From Pueribacillus sp. YX66 (GTDB lineage Bacteria > Bacillota > Bacilli > Bacillales > UBA6769): a stretch of 24,000 nt of DNA. Made by a program: the position numbers and the translations under genes. This document shows, one piece after another, positions 8,452 through 16,893 of the stretch (positions are counted from its first letter, which is position 1; each line of letters begins with the position of its first letter). The stretch is taken from positions 84,748-108,747 of the forward strand of contig NZ_JBEUEL010000004.1 in the NCBI RefSeq assembly GCF_041725775.1. The letters are read 5' to 3'. The notes under the pieces are model-generated. The model was not told the DNA's origin, searched no databases, and worked only from the letters and a program-made list of their open reading frames with translations.

Positions 8452-9606
8452 TTGCGAAAACATCTTTATGGTGTGTTTGTAGTTTCACTTGTATTTCTCT
8501 CCGGTTGCTGGGGTATTGAAGAAGCCGAACGTATGGATTATGTGCACGGAATCGGTGTTGATTATAAGGATGGACAAGTCCATGTCTCCTTGCAAGTTGT
8601 GAATTTAGGGAATCTCGGTCAAGCTGAAACAGGTGGGGGTAGTTCAGAAGGAAATCAAGCGGTGATTGCAAAAGAAAAAGGGGATACGGTAAACGATGCG
8701 ATTTTTAAAATATATGACTCTACACAGCGGAGGTTGTTTTGGGGGCATTTAACGATGATTGTTATCACGGAGGAAGCGTTAAAACATAACAAAATGAAAG
8801 ATATTATGGATTTAATAGATCGTTATCGCGAAACGAGATACCGTATTCTCGTATTTAGCACTCAAGATGAAAACGTAGACAAATTATTCGAAGCTGTCCC
8901 TGTTTTTGATGGTTCTCCTGTTTATACGAGAATAACTGATATTACGAACACGTATGAACAAAGTTCTTGGATTAAAGAAATATCAATGCGAGAATTTTTA
9001 CTTCATCTGAAGGAGCCAGGTTATGATTCCGTTATCCCAGCTGTAACGACAACAGAAAATGATTGGACATCTGTTGAAAAAACAGAAACGATGATAAAAA
9101 CAGTCGGAGTTGCACTTTTACACAAAAACGAGTTTCGTGGTTTTATAACAGGAGAAGATGTAAATGGTCTACGATGGTTAACAGAAGATGCATTAAGAAT
9201 TAATTTAGATATTCATGAAGGTGATAAACCAATTGCTGAGGCAATAATCATTCGACCCTCGTTTTCAATTGAGCCAATGGTTCGAGACGATGATGTTATA
9301 TTTAATATTCAAGTGAAAGGACAAGCTGTTTTCAATCAAATACTTGAAAATAAAGATTATCGCTTTTTAAAAAAAGAAATGCAAAAAAACATTGAAGAAG
9401 AAATTAGACGTACATATAACAAAGCACTTGAATTACATTCAGATATTTATCGTCTTTCAGAAGTATTGTATCGAAAAGATGTACGAACTTGGCAAAGGTT
9501 AGCCCATGAAGGAAAATTAGCGTTAAATGAAAACTCAATTAAAGTAACGTCTGATATAAGCATCCAATCATCAAGAATTGAAAATAAAAAACCTGTCATT
9601 GAATAA
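8452..9606 (+). CDS. Spore germination protein, GerAC-type (C subunit lipoprotein)
   Basis: 384-aa ORF with a TTG start. It has a signal peptide with lipobox VFLSGC. Its size and position after the A subunit fit the family. Confidence 0.85.
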   Translation: MRKHLYGVFVVSLVFLSGCWGIEEAERMDYVHGIGVDYKDGQVHVSLQVVNLGNLGQAETGGGSSEGNQAVIAKEKGDTVNDAIFKIYDSTQRRLFWGHLTMIVITEEALKHNKMKDIMDLIDRYRETRYRILVFSTQDENVDKLFEAVPVFDGSPVYTRITDITNTYEQSSWIKEISMREFLLHLKEPGYDSVIPAVTTTENDWTSVEKTETMIKTVGVALLHKNEFRGFITGEDVNGLRWLTEDALRINLDIHEGDKPIAEAIIIRPSFSIEPMVRDDDVIFNIQVKGQAVFNQILENKDYRFLKKEMQKNIEEEIRRTYNKALELHSDIYRLSEVLYRKDVRTWQRLAHEGKLALNENSIKVTSDISIQSSRIENKKPVIE

Positions 9607-9631
9607 CAAGTTTAAGTGTAAAATAACTTTA

Positions 9632-9705
9632 GCGTTTCATAAATCTTGTCTTAAGAATTTCTAACGATTCGTTAGAGGATGAAAAATTGATACTAGATGA
9701 AACGC
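9632..9705. repeat. Nested inverted repeats downstream of the ger operon
   Basis: Outer 9-bp arms GCGTTTCAT (9632-9640) / ATGAAACGC (9697-9705). Inner hairpin TCTAACG (9660-9666) / CGTTAGA (9670-9676). Confidence 0.6.
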
Positions 9706-9787
9706 AAATTTACTATTTTCCAACTTTTTTGTTCCTATGTATGTTGTATAATAGAGACATAAATGGTTGTGGGAGATGGAAAGAAAT

Positions 9788-10279
9788 ATGGAAATCGATT
9801 GGACGAAGTTGTTTGCATTGCAACACGAACTTGATTCGCGAATTATGAAAAAGCACTGCTTAACTGGTGATTTTTTTTCGGAGCGGTTGCTCGCTTTACA
9901 AGTCGAAGTTGGGGAGCTGGCGAATGAGACACGCTGCTTTAAGTACTGGAGCGTAAAACCCCCGTCTCATCGCTCAGAAATCCTTGAAGAGTATGTTGAT
10001 GGCATTCATTTTATTCTTTCGCTCGGACTTGTACTTAGGTTTGAAACGTATGTACCAAAAAGAGATTCATGTAATGTAAAGAATATGGTTGAACAATTTT
10101 TAACGATTTACAACTGTATTTCCAAATTACATTCGGATCAGTCTATTGAGATGTATGGTACACTTTTTTCAGAGTATATCACCCTCGGTGCGATGCTAGG
10201 TTTCTCCGAGCAAGATATTGAAAAGGCTTATTTAGAAAAAAATGTAGTTAACCATGAGCGGCAAGAACGAGGATACTAA
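9788..10279 (+). CDS. All-alpha NTP pyrophosphohydrolase, dimeric-dUTPase-like (dUTPase_2 / MazG-like superfamily)
   Basis: ORF with acidic metal-binding motifs VEVGELANE and EEYVDGIHF, characteristic of all-alpha NTP-PPases. The start is uncertain: TTG 9767, ATG 9776 or ATG 9788, with GGGAG at 9771-9775. Confidence 0.55.
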   Translation: MEIDWTKLFALQHELDSRIMKKHCLTGDFFSERLLALQVEVGELANETRCFKYWSVKPPSHRSEILEEYVDGIHFILSLGLVLRFETYVPKRDSCNVKNMVEQFLTIYNCISKLHSDQSIEMYGTLFSEYITLGAMLGFSEQDIEKAYLEKNVVNHERQERGY

Positions 10280-10361
10280 TTTAGAGATCTGAGGTCGGAA
10301 GCTAGAAGTCAGATTTGACGAAAACGATGAGGGCAATTTACAAAAGGAGGACTTTTCATTT

Positions 10362-11447
10362 ATGTCTAATTTGGATGAAACATTATCAATGTTAAAAGAA
10401 TTAACCGATGCTCACGGTATTCCCGCGAACGAACATGAACCACGGGAAGTGATGAAAAAGTACATAACACCGTACGCCGATGAAGTGACAACAGATAATC
10501 TCGGCAGTTTAATCGCAAAAAAAGTCGGTCAAGAAGATGGACCGAAAGTTATGATTGCAGGTCATTTAGATGAAATCGGATTTATGGTTACAAGTATTGA
10601 TGATAAAGGTTTTTTACGTTTTCAGACGGTAGGCGGCTGGTGGGAACAAGTCATGCTTGCTCAGCGCGTCAATGTAGTGACACGGAAAGGGATTGTGCCT
10701 GGTGTCATCGGTTCAAAACCACCGCATATTTTAACACCTGAAGCGCGTAAAAAACCTGTCGACAAAAAAGATATGTTTATCGATGTCGGTGCAATTAGCC
10801 GAAGAGAAGCGGAAGAATTCGGTATTCGACCCGGTGATTTTGTCACACCCGTCTGTGATTTCACCGTTATGAAAAATGAAAATTTCCTAATGGCAAAAGC
10901 ATGGGACAATCGGATTGGCTGTGCGATTGCGATTGAAGTATTGCGCCAATTACAAAATGAAAACCATCCAAACATTGTATACGGTGTCGGTACGGTGCAA
11001 GAAGAAGTCGGTCTGCGCGGCGCTAAAACATCAACGTATAAAATCCAACCTGATATAGGATTTGCCGTTGATGTTGGGATTGCTGGTGATACGCCGGGTG
11101 TTACTGAAAAAGAAGCGTTAGCGAAAGCGGGGAAAGGTCCACAACTCATTATGTATGATGCTTCGATGGTCGCTCATCGCGGTCTGCGTGATTTTGTCGT
11201 TGATATTGCAGAAAAAGAAAATATCCCGTATCAAATGGATTTTGTGCCAGGTGGGGGAACAGATTCTGGAAGTATCCATTTGACAGCGCAAGGAGTTCCG
11301 GCATTATCGATCACGATTGCGACACGTTATATTCATACGCATGCGGCCATTTTGCATCGCGAAGACTTTGAAAATGCTGTGAAACTCATCGTTGAAGTTG
11401 TGAAAAGACTTGACCGTGATAAAGTAAACGAAATTACGTATGATTGA
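10362..11447 (+). CDS. ysdC: M42-family metallo-aminopeptidase (YsdC-type)
   Basis: 361-aa ORF, matching the YsdC length as I recall it. SD AAAGGAGGAC is upstream. Motifs match M42 peptidases ([28 protein letters not shown]). Synteny with sspI supports the call. Confidence 0.85.
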   Translation: MSNLDETLSMLKELTDAHGIPANEHEPREVMKKYITPYADEVTTDNLGSLIAKKVGQEDGPKVMIAGHLDEIGFMVTSIDDKGFLRFQTVGGWWEQVMLAQRVNVVTRKGIVPGVIGSKPPHILTPEARKKPVDKKDMFIDVGAISRREAEEFGIRPGDFVTPVCDFTVMKNENFLMAKAWDNRIGCAIAIEVLRQLQNENHPNIVYGVGTVQEEVGLRGAKTSTYKIQPDIGFAVDVGIAGDTPGVTEKEALAKAGKGPQLIMYDASMVAHRGLRDFVVDIAEKENIPYQMDFVPGGGTDSGSIHLTAQGVPALSITIATRYIHTHAAILHREDFENAVKLIVEVVKRLDRDKVNEITYD

Positions 11448-11517
11448 CTTCAACTTGTAGAGGATAACAAGCGTTTATAAGTTGTGAAATGTGCGGAAGC
11501 CAAACTGAAAAAAGATA

Positions 11518-11548
11518 AGCTTGCATCTTAGATATTCAGATGCAAGCT
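11518..11548. terminator. Convergent terminator shared by ysdC (+) and sspI (-)
   Basis: 11-bp stem AGCTTGCATCT (11518-11528) / AGATGCAAGCT (11538-11548). The A-run upstream gives a U-tract on the minus strand. The plus-strand U-tract is weak. Confidence 0.75.
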
Positions 11549-11558
11549 CTCATTCTGT

Positions 11559-11768
11559 CTATTGCTGTAGTCCTTCAGCCATATTTTTTAATATGGTTTG
11601 TTGTTCTTCTTGACTAGTGTTTTGCCATAACACTTCAAATAAAACACCTAAACCAGGCAACATTTTTTCTTCACCACTTTGAATCGCATCAACAATCGTA
11701 TGTTCAAGCTGCTTTTCATCACTGCCTTTAATATTATCTAAAATGGCTGCTCTTAAGTTAAAATCCAT
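11559..11768 (-). CDS. sspI: Small acid-soluble spore protein SspI
   Basis: The sequence ...EHTIVDAIQSGEEKMLPGLGVLFEV... matches SspI as I remember it. The ATG at 11768 (MDFNLRAAI) has a GGGAG SD 11 nt upstream. The longer ORF start at 11786 has no usable SD spacing. Confidence 0.88.
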   Translation of the reverse strand: MDFNLRAAILDNIKGSDEKQLEHTIVDAIQSGEEKMLPGLGVLFEVLWQNTSQEEQQTILKNMAEGLQQ

Positions 11769-11845
11769 TAGTTTGATCACTCCCATTTCCTTTTTCTTTA
11801 TTTTTACCTAATGATTATGGAATATGTAAGAAGAGAGGTAAATCA

Positions 11846-12598
11846 TTGCAACGGATTGAATCAACGAAAAATGAACGAGTCAAGTTATGGAGAAAGCTAC
11901 ATACAAAAAAAGGTCGAAAAAAAGCACGTAAATTTTTAATTGAAGGCGATCATCTTATTCAAGAAGCGTTAAAGGAAGAGCAACGTGTAGCGAAGATTAT
12001 TGTTGATGAGAGTCGAAAGCATGTACCGTTCGATACGTACTCGATACCGGTCATACAAGTGACGAACAATGTGTTTCAAGAGATCAGTGAGACAGATACG
12101 CCGCAAGGGGTTATTGCTGTTTGCCATATGTCAGAAGAAAAAGAAATGGAATTGAACAAAGGAAAATACTTATTAATCGATGAAGTTCAAGACCCGGGAA
12201 ATGTCGGTACGATGATTCGAACGGCAGATAGTGCTGGGTTTGATGCTGTATTTCTCGGAAAAGGCTGTGCGGATCGATATAATTCGAAAACGATCCGTGC
12301 AACACAAGGTTCACTGTTTCATTTACCAGTGTACGAAGTAAATTTGGAAGACGTTGTTCAAAAGTTGCAGCAGGTAGGAGTAAAAGTGTTCGGGACAGCT
12401 CTTCATCATGCAACAGATTATCGCTTAGTACAAAAACAGGAAACATTCGGTCTCATAGTCGGTAATGAAGGGTCAGGAGTGAGTGACAACTTGCTTGCGC
12501 TTTGTGATGATAACGTGTATATTCCGATATACGGGAAAGCGGAATCTTTGAATGTTGCTGTCGCAGCTGGGATTTTGATGTATAGCTTTCAACAGTAG
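11846..12598 (+). CDS. ysgA: TrmH/SpoU-family RNA 2'-O-methyltransferase (YsgA-type)
   Basis: 250-aa ORF with a TTG start after AGAGAGG. SpoU motifs are present (VQDPGNVGTMIRTA, GNEGSGVS, ESLNVAVAAGI). Its position before pheS fits. Confidence 0.85.
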   Translation: MQRIESTKNERVKLWRKLHTKKGRKKARKFLIEGDHLIQEALKEEQRVAKIIVDESRKHVPFDTYSIPVIQVTNNVFQEISETDTPQGVIAVCHMSEEKEMELNKGKYLLIDEVQDPGNVGTMIRTADSAGFDAVFLGKGCADRYNSKTIRATQGSLFHLPVYEVNLEDVVQKLQQVGVKVFGTALHHATDYRLVQKQETFGLIVGNEGSGVSDNLLALCDDNVYIPIYGKAESLNVAVAAGILMYSFQQ

Positions 12599-12600
12599 AC

Positions 12601-12629
12601 TTGCGATTTTTTGAAAAATTATATATGAT
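12601..12629 (+). promoter_or_regulatory. sigma-A promoter of the pheST leader
   Basis: TTGCGA (12601-12606), 17-nt spacer, TATGAT (12624-12629). Confidence 0.55.
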
Positions 12630-12635
12630 TAAACC

Positions 12636-12925
12636 AATTGAAAATCAAAAAGACAATGAAGGAACATAGTAAATTGCCGCTCGCCAGCTAGGGAGGAAAC
12701 ATCAGAGACTGAAAGTGTTTCTCTGGATGATGCAATTGAATTCACTCCTGAGTCGTCGCTGAATGGAGGTTGTTCAAAAAGAGAGTCCTTTTTGAACTCA
12801 GATTAAAAAGCGAATCGGTTTAAACCGTTAGATGAATGAGCGAACATGGATATCATGTTAAGTAGGGTGGTAACGCGAAATGACGGATCTTCGTCCCTTA
12901 TGGGGTGAAGGTCTTTTTTATTTTA
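12636..12925 (+). promoter_or_regulatory. T-box riboswitch leader, phenylalanine specifier (TTC)
   Basis: Specifier gaaTTCAct with TTC at 12741-12743 followed by A. T-box sequence AAGTAGGGTGGTAACGCGAAA (12860-12880). The terminator overlaps. Confidence 0.88.
12886..12919 (+). terminator. Intrinsic terminator of the Phe T-box
   Basis: 12-bp stem GATCTTCGTCCC (12886-12897) / GGGGTGAAGGTC (12902-12913) with three G-U pairs, then T6. Confidence 0.85.
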
Positions 12926-12946
12926 TAGAAAAGGTGGTAAAAAATC

Positions 12947-13981
12947 GTGAAGGAACGTTTGTTAGAGTTAAAACAAGAAGCGCTAGAAAAAATTAAACAA
13001 TCAACATCAATGAAAGAGCTTCAAGATGTGAGGGTTGCTTATTTAGGTAAAAAAGGTCCGATAACGGAAGTGCTAAGAGGAATGGGAGAGCTTTCTGCTG
13101 AAGAACGTCCGATCATTGGTCAATATGTGAACGAAGTTCGCAACGAAATTGCTGATAACGTTGAAAAAAAGCAGACCGAATTGAAGGAACTAGCCATTCA
13201 AAAGCAACTTGAAGAAGAAACGATTGATGTGACATTGCCAGGCAGACCTGTTCGAATCGGAAATCATCATCCACTTACCGCTGTAATTGAGGAAATTGAA
13301 GATCTATTTATTAGAATGGGTTACCAAGTTGCAGAAGGTCCAGAGGTGGAAACCGATTATTACAACTTTGAAGCATTGAATTTGCCAAAAAACCATCCAG
13401 CTCGCGATATGCAAGATTCATTTTATATTACGGAAGAGATTTTGCTGCGAACTCAAACGTCACCGATGCAAGCGCGAACGATGGAAAAACATCACGGTGT
13501 CGGTCCCGTAAAAATTATTTGTCCTGGTAAAGTGTATCGTCGTGATAACGACGATGCGACACATTCGCATCAATTTACCCAAATTGAAGGACTCGTTGTT
13601 GATGAGAATATTCGCATGAGTGATTTGAAAGGAACACTCACACTGTTTGCAAAAAAATTGTTTGGAGAAGAACGCGAAATTCGTTTGCGCCCGAGCTTTT
13701 TCCCATTTACTGAGCCATCTGTTGAAATGGACATTTCTTGTTTCAAATGCGGTGGAAATGGTTGCAATGTTTGTAAGCGAACAGGTTGGATTGAAATTCT
13801 CGGTGCAGGCATGGTACATCCGAATGTTCTTGAAATGTCAGGCTTTAATCCGAAAAAGTATACAGGCTTTGCATTTGGCATGGGTCCAGAACGAATTGCC
13901 ATGTTGAAATATGGGATTGAGGATATTCGCCATTTCTATCAAAACGATGTTCGCTTTTTAAAGCAATTTCAGCAAGCATAA
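12947..13981 (+). CDS. pheS: Phenylalanyl-tRNA synthetase alpha subunit
   Basis: 344-aa ORF with a GTG start after AAGGTGG. Class II motifs are present ([30 protein letters not shown]). Confidence 0.97.
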   Translation: MKERLLELKQEALEKIKQSTSMKELQDVRVAYLGKKGPITEVLRGMGELSAEERPIIGQYVNEVRNEIADNVEKKQTELKELAIQKQLEEETIDVTLPGRPVRIGNHHPLTAVIEEIEDLFIRMGYQVAEGPEVETDYYNFEALNLPKNHPARDMQDSFYITEEILLRTQTSPMQARTMEKHHGVGPVKIICPGKVYRRDNDDATHSHQFTQIEGLVVDENIRMSDLKGTLTLFAKKLFGEEREIRLRPSFFPFTEPSVEMDISCFKCGGNGCNVCKRTGWIEILGAGMVHPNVLEMSGFNPKKYTGFAFGMGPERIAMLKYGIEDIRHFYQNDVRFLKQFQQA

Positions 13982-13999
13982 CGAAGGAGAGAGTGAAGC

Positions 14000-16423
14000 A
14001 TGTTAGTCAGTTACAATTGGCTTAATGATTATGTTGATTTAGCAAATATAAGTCCAGAGCAATTAGCGGAAAAAATTACACGTAGTGGAATTGAAGTCGA
14101 TGCCGTCCATGTAAGGAATAAAGGGATAACGAACGTCGTCGTCGGTAAAGTTGTCGAACGAATTCAGCATCCGAATGCGGACAAACTTAGCATTTGTCAA
14201 GTTGATGTTGGTGAAGGTGAACTTTTACAAATAATTTGTGGTGCGCCTAACGTGGCTGCAGGGCAAAAAGTAGCTGTCGCAAAACCGGGAGCCCGCTTGC
14301 CGAATGGAATGAAAATTAAAAAAGTAAAACTTCGGGGCGAAGTGTCAAACGGTATGATTTGCTCTCTTCAAGAACTCGGAATTGAAAGCAAACTCGTACC
14401 AAAAGAATATGCGGAAGGAATTTTTGTTTTTTCTGAGCAAACGGAAATCGGCATCGATGCGTTAGAAGAGTTAGGCTTGAACGATACCGTACTTGAATTT
14501 GACTTAACACCAAATCGCGCAGATGCACTAAGTATGATCGGCGTTGCTTATGAAGTGGCGGCGATTTTAGAGCAAGAGATTAAAATGCCAAGCGTTACGA
14601 TTTCCCAAACAGAAGAAAAAGCGACAGATTATGTTTCAGTTTGTATTGAATCGAAGGAAGATTGCCCCTATTACGCAGGTTTTATCGTAAAAGATGTTAA
14701 AATTGGACCGTCGCCTTTATGGCTTGTAAATAGGTTAGTTGCAGCGGGGATCCGTCCGATTAATAACGTCGTTGATATTACGAACTATGTGTTGCTCGAA
14801 TATGGTCAGCCATTGCATGCATTCGATTATGAGCGATTAGGTTCAAAAGAAATTCTCGTTCGCCGTGCAAAACAAGATGAGCAAGTTAAAACGTTGGATG
14901 GAGAGGAACGAAAGTTATCAGAAACTATGCTTGCGATTACGAATGGAAAGGAACCGGTGGCTGTAGCAGGTGTCATGGGCGGAGCATCATCTGAAGTTCA
15001 AGAGGATACGACGACAATTTTACTTGAAGCGGCGTATTTCAACGGTCAAATCGTTCGGACTGCATCAAAGCAATTAGGACTTCGCAGTGAAGCGAGTACA
15101 CGTTTCGAAAAAGGCATCGCTCGTAACCGTGTGTATGAAGCAGGAATGCGGGCTCTTGCATTAATGGAACAACTAGCTGGTGGACGTGTTGTTGACGGCG
15201 TTGCCGAAGCGGGAGAGAGAAAAGTTTCGTTAAAGCAAATTGAAGTGACTTCTAAGCACATAAACGATGTTCTTGGCACATCGATTTCAAGTGAAACGAT
15301 CGCGCAAATTTTTGAACGGTTACGTTTTGACTTTGAAGAAAATCGCGGTACGTTTACGGTTACAATCCCAACGCGCCGTCCAGACTTATCGATCCCGGAA
15401 GATTTAATTGAGGAAGTTGCACGCTTGTACGGGTATGACGAAATTCCTGTCACGTTACCGGTCAGTGAATCACAACCTGGTGGTTTAACTCCGTATCAAG
15501 AAAACCATCGAAAAGTGAGACGATATCTAGAAGGAGCAGGGCTTTATCAAGCGACGACGTATTCGTTAACGACAGTGGAAAAAAACCGTTTGTTTGGATT
15601 TGACGAGCGGTTTAAAGAAATTCGCCTTGCGATGCCGATGAGTGAAGAACGTTCAGTTTTAAGAACGACGCTGCTTCCTGGACTCCTTGAAGCCTTAGAA
15701 TACAATCTTAACCGCCAGCAAACAAATCTTGCGTTGTTTGAAATGGCATCAGCTTACTTAACAGAAGAAGAGAAGTTGACAAGTTTACCGGCTGAAGAAG
15801 AGTACCTTGCCGCTGTCTTTACTGGTGCTTGGCTTGAAAATAAATGGCAAGGCGAAACGAAGCAAGTTGACTTTTTTGTTGTAAAAGGGATTTTGGAAGG
15901 AATGTTCTCAGTACTCGGTCTGAGTGAGAAGGTTTCGTTTGTGCAGGGTAAACGGGACGGCATGCATCCAGGGCGCACAGCGATTATTTCAGTGAATGAT
16001 CAAGTCATTGGCTTCGTTGGACAAATCCATCCAACATTGCAAGCGAAGCTTGACATTCAAGAAACGTACGTCTTTGAACTTTCACTTGAGAAGCTTTTTG
16101 CTGAAGTAGACGCTGAAGTTCATTATGAAATTTTACCAAAATATCCTTCCGTTTCACGTGACATTGCACTCGTCGTTGACGAAACAATTTCTGCAGGTGC
16201 TTTGCAAACAACGATTAAAGAAGCGGGCGGAAAATTACTGAAAGAAGTGAACGTTTTTGATGTGTACGCAGGCGAACACCTTGCCACAGGAAAGAAATCA
16301 ATCGCCTTCTCGCTACTCTATTTAAATCCAGAACAAACGTTAACTGAAGAAGAAGTTACAACCGTGCACGAGCAAATATTAACCGAATTAAAAGAACGCT
16401 ACGATGCACAGCTAAGAAGCTAA
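14000..16423 (+). CDS. pheT: Phenylalanyl-tRNA synthetase beta subunit
   Basis: 807-aa ORF. SD GAAGGAGAGAG is upstream. The N-terminal tRNA-binding domain (HPNADKLSICQVDVG) is followed by B3/4 and B5 domains. Confidence 0.97.
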   Translation: MLVSYNWLNDYVDLANISPEQLAEKITRSGIEVDAVHVRNKGITNVVVGKVVERIQHPNADKLSICQVDVGEGELLQIICGAPNVAAGQKVAVAKPGARLPNGMKIKKVKLRGEVSNGMICSLQELGIESKLVPKEYAEGIFVFSEQTEIGIDALEELGLNDTVLEFDLTPNRADALSMIGVAYEVAAILEQEIKMPSVTISQTEEKATDYVSVCIESKEDCPYYAGFIVKDVKIGPSPLWLVNRLVAAGIRPINNVVDITNYVLLEYGQPLHAFDYERLGSKEILVRRAKQDEQVKTLDGEERKLSETMLAITNGKEPVAVAGVMGGASSEVQEDTTTILLEAAYFNGQIVRTASKQLGLRSEASTRFEKGIARNRVYEAGMRALALMEQLAGGRVVDGVAEAGERKVSLKQIEVTSKHINDVLGTSISSETIAQIFERLRFDFEENRGTFTVTIPTRRPDLSIPEDLIEEVARLYGYDEIPVTLPVSESQPGGLTPYQENHRKVRRYLEGAGLYQATTYSLTTVEKNRLFGFDERFKEIRLAMPMSEERSVLRTTLLPGLLEALEYNLNRQQTNLALFEMASAYLTEEEKLTSLPAEEEYLAAVFTGAWLENKWQGETKQVDFFVVKGILEGMFSVLGLSEKVSFVQGKRDGMHPGRTAIISVNDQVIGFVGQIHPTLQAKLDIQETYVFELSLEKLFAEVDAEVHYEILPKYPSVSRDIALVVDETISAGALQTTIKEAGGKLLKEVNVFDVYAGEHLATGKKSIAFSLLYLNPEQTLTEEEVTTVHEQILTELKERYDAQLRS

Positions 16424-16440
16424 ATCGTATCTTTCAAAAG

Positions 16441-16486
16441 CAAAACAGGTGGCGAAAAAATCTCCACCTGTTTTGTATTTTTTCGA
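16441..16486 (+). terminator. Intrinsic terminator of pheST
   Basis: 12-bp stem CAAAACAGGTGG (16441-16452) / CCACCTGTTTTG (16465-16476), followed by TATTTTTT. Confidence 0.88.
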
Positions 16487-16501
16487 TGTTTATCAAAGGT
16501 T

Positions 16502-16789
16502 TTATTCAATCGCTTTTCGACGACGTAAGAATTACATACTACTAAACGATGCAAGAAGAGCACCGATTAGAATGAGAGTCGGTAGACTCGTTGCAGTTTT
16601 TGGTAGCTTTCCACCTTGGGCAGATTTACCTTTTCCATCTGTATCACTGCCTGAACCGCTACTACCACCAGATCCACCTGAACCGTTCGTTCCTTGTGGA
16701 CCAGCAGGGTCTTGTAAGTTCGCAATGTTTTTCCAACCGTATGAAATGTAAACATAGACAAAAACACGACAAATGAAGGTATAAAACAT
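16502..16789 (-). pseudogene. 3' remnant of a sortase-anchored (LPxTA/G-type) surface protein gene
   Basis: The minus-strand frame reads ...GSGGSGGSSGSGSDTDGKGKSAQGGKLPKTATSLPTLILIGALLASFSSM-TAA-FLRRRKAIE-TAA. This is an LPKTA motif, a hydrophobic helix and a basic tail, with an in-frame TAA (16532-16534) cutting off the basic tail. There is no SD before the only ATG and no N-terminal signal peptide. Confidence 0.6.
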
Positions 16790-16857
16790 GTAGAACTAAT
16801 TTCTTAGTTTCACTGCTGTTGATTATGTTTTTATAAAGGCTTAATAAGTAAAATTAG

Positions 16858-16883
16858 AAAAAGGACACTCTAAAAGCGTGTCC
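16858..16883 (-). terminator. Intrinsic terminator downstream of the MFS gene remnant
   Basis: Minus strand: GGACAC / GTGTCC stem (plus coordinates 16863-16868 / 16878-16883) followed by TTTTT. Confidence 0.65.
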
Positions 16884-16893
16884 CAAATGTGTA

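Noticed and set aside
6043-8671. ORFs at 6043-6261 (+), 7895-8155 (-) and 8447-8671 (-) within the ger operon
   Set aside because: They are alternative-frame or antisense ORFs inside the well-supported GerB, GerA and GerC frames.
11769-11786. Longer sspI start (MGVIKL...)
   Set aside because: The SD-like sequence is only 1-2 nt from that ATG. The downstream ATG at 11768 has a proper GGGAG spacing and matches the SspI N-terminus.
10661-16211. Antisense or alternative-frame ORFs inside ysdC, ysgA, pheS and pheT (e.g. 10661-11149, 12111-12446, 13460-13907, 14316-14528, 15046-15453, 15754-16211)
   Set aside because: All overlap strongly supported conserved genes. None has a start context.
16449-16776. 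100-aa (+), 66-aa (-) and 61-aa (+) ORFs overlapping the sortase-signal remnant
   Set aside because: The plus-strand proline-rich product is the antisense image of the Gly/Ser linker. Only the minus frame with LPKTA, the hydrophobic stretch and the basic tail makes biological sense, and even that is a remnant.
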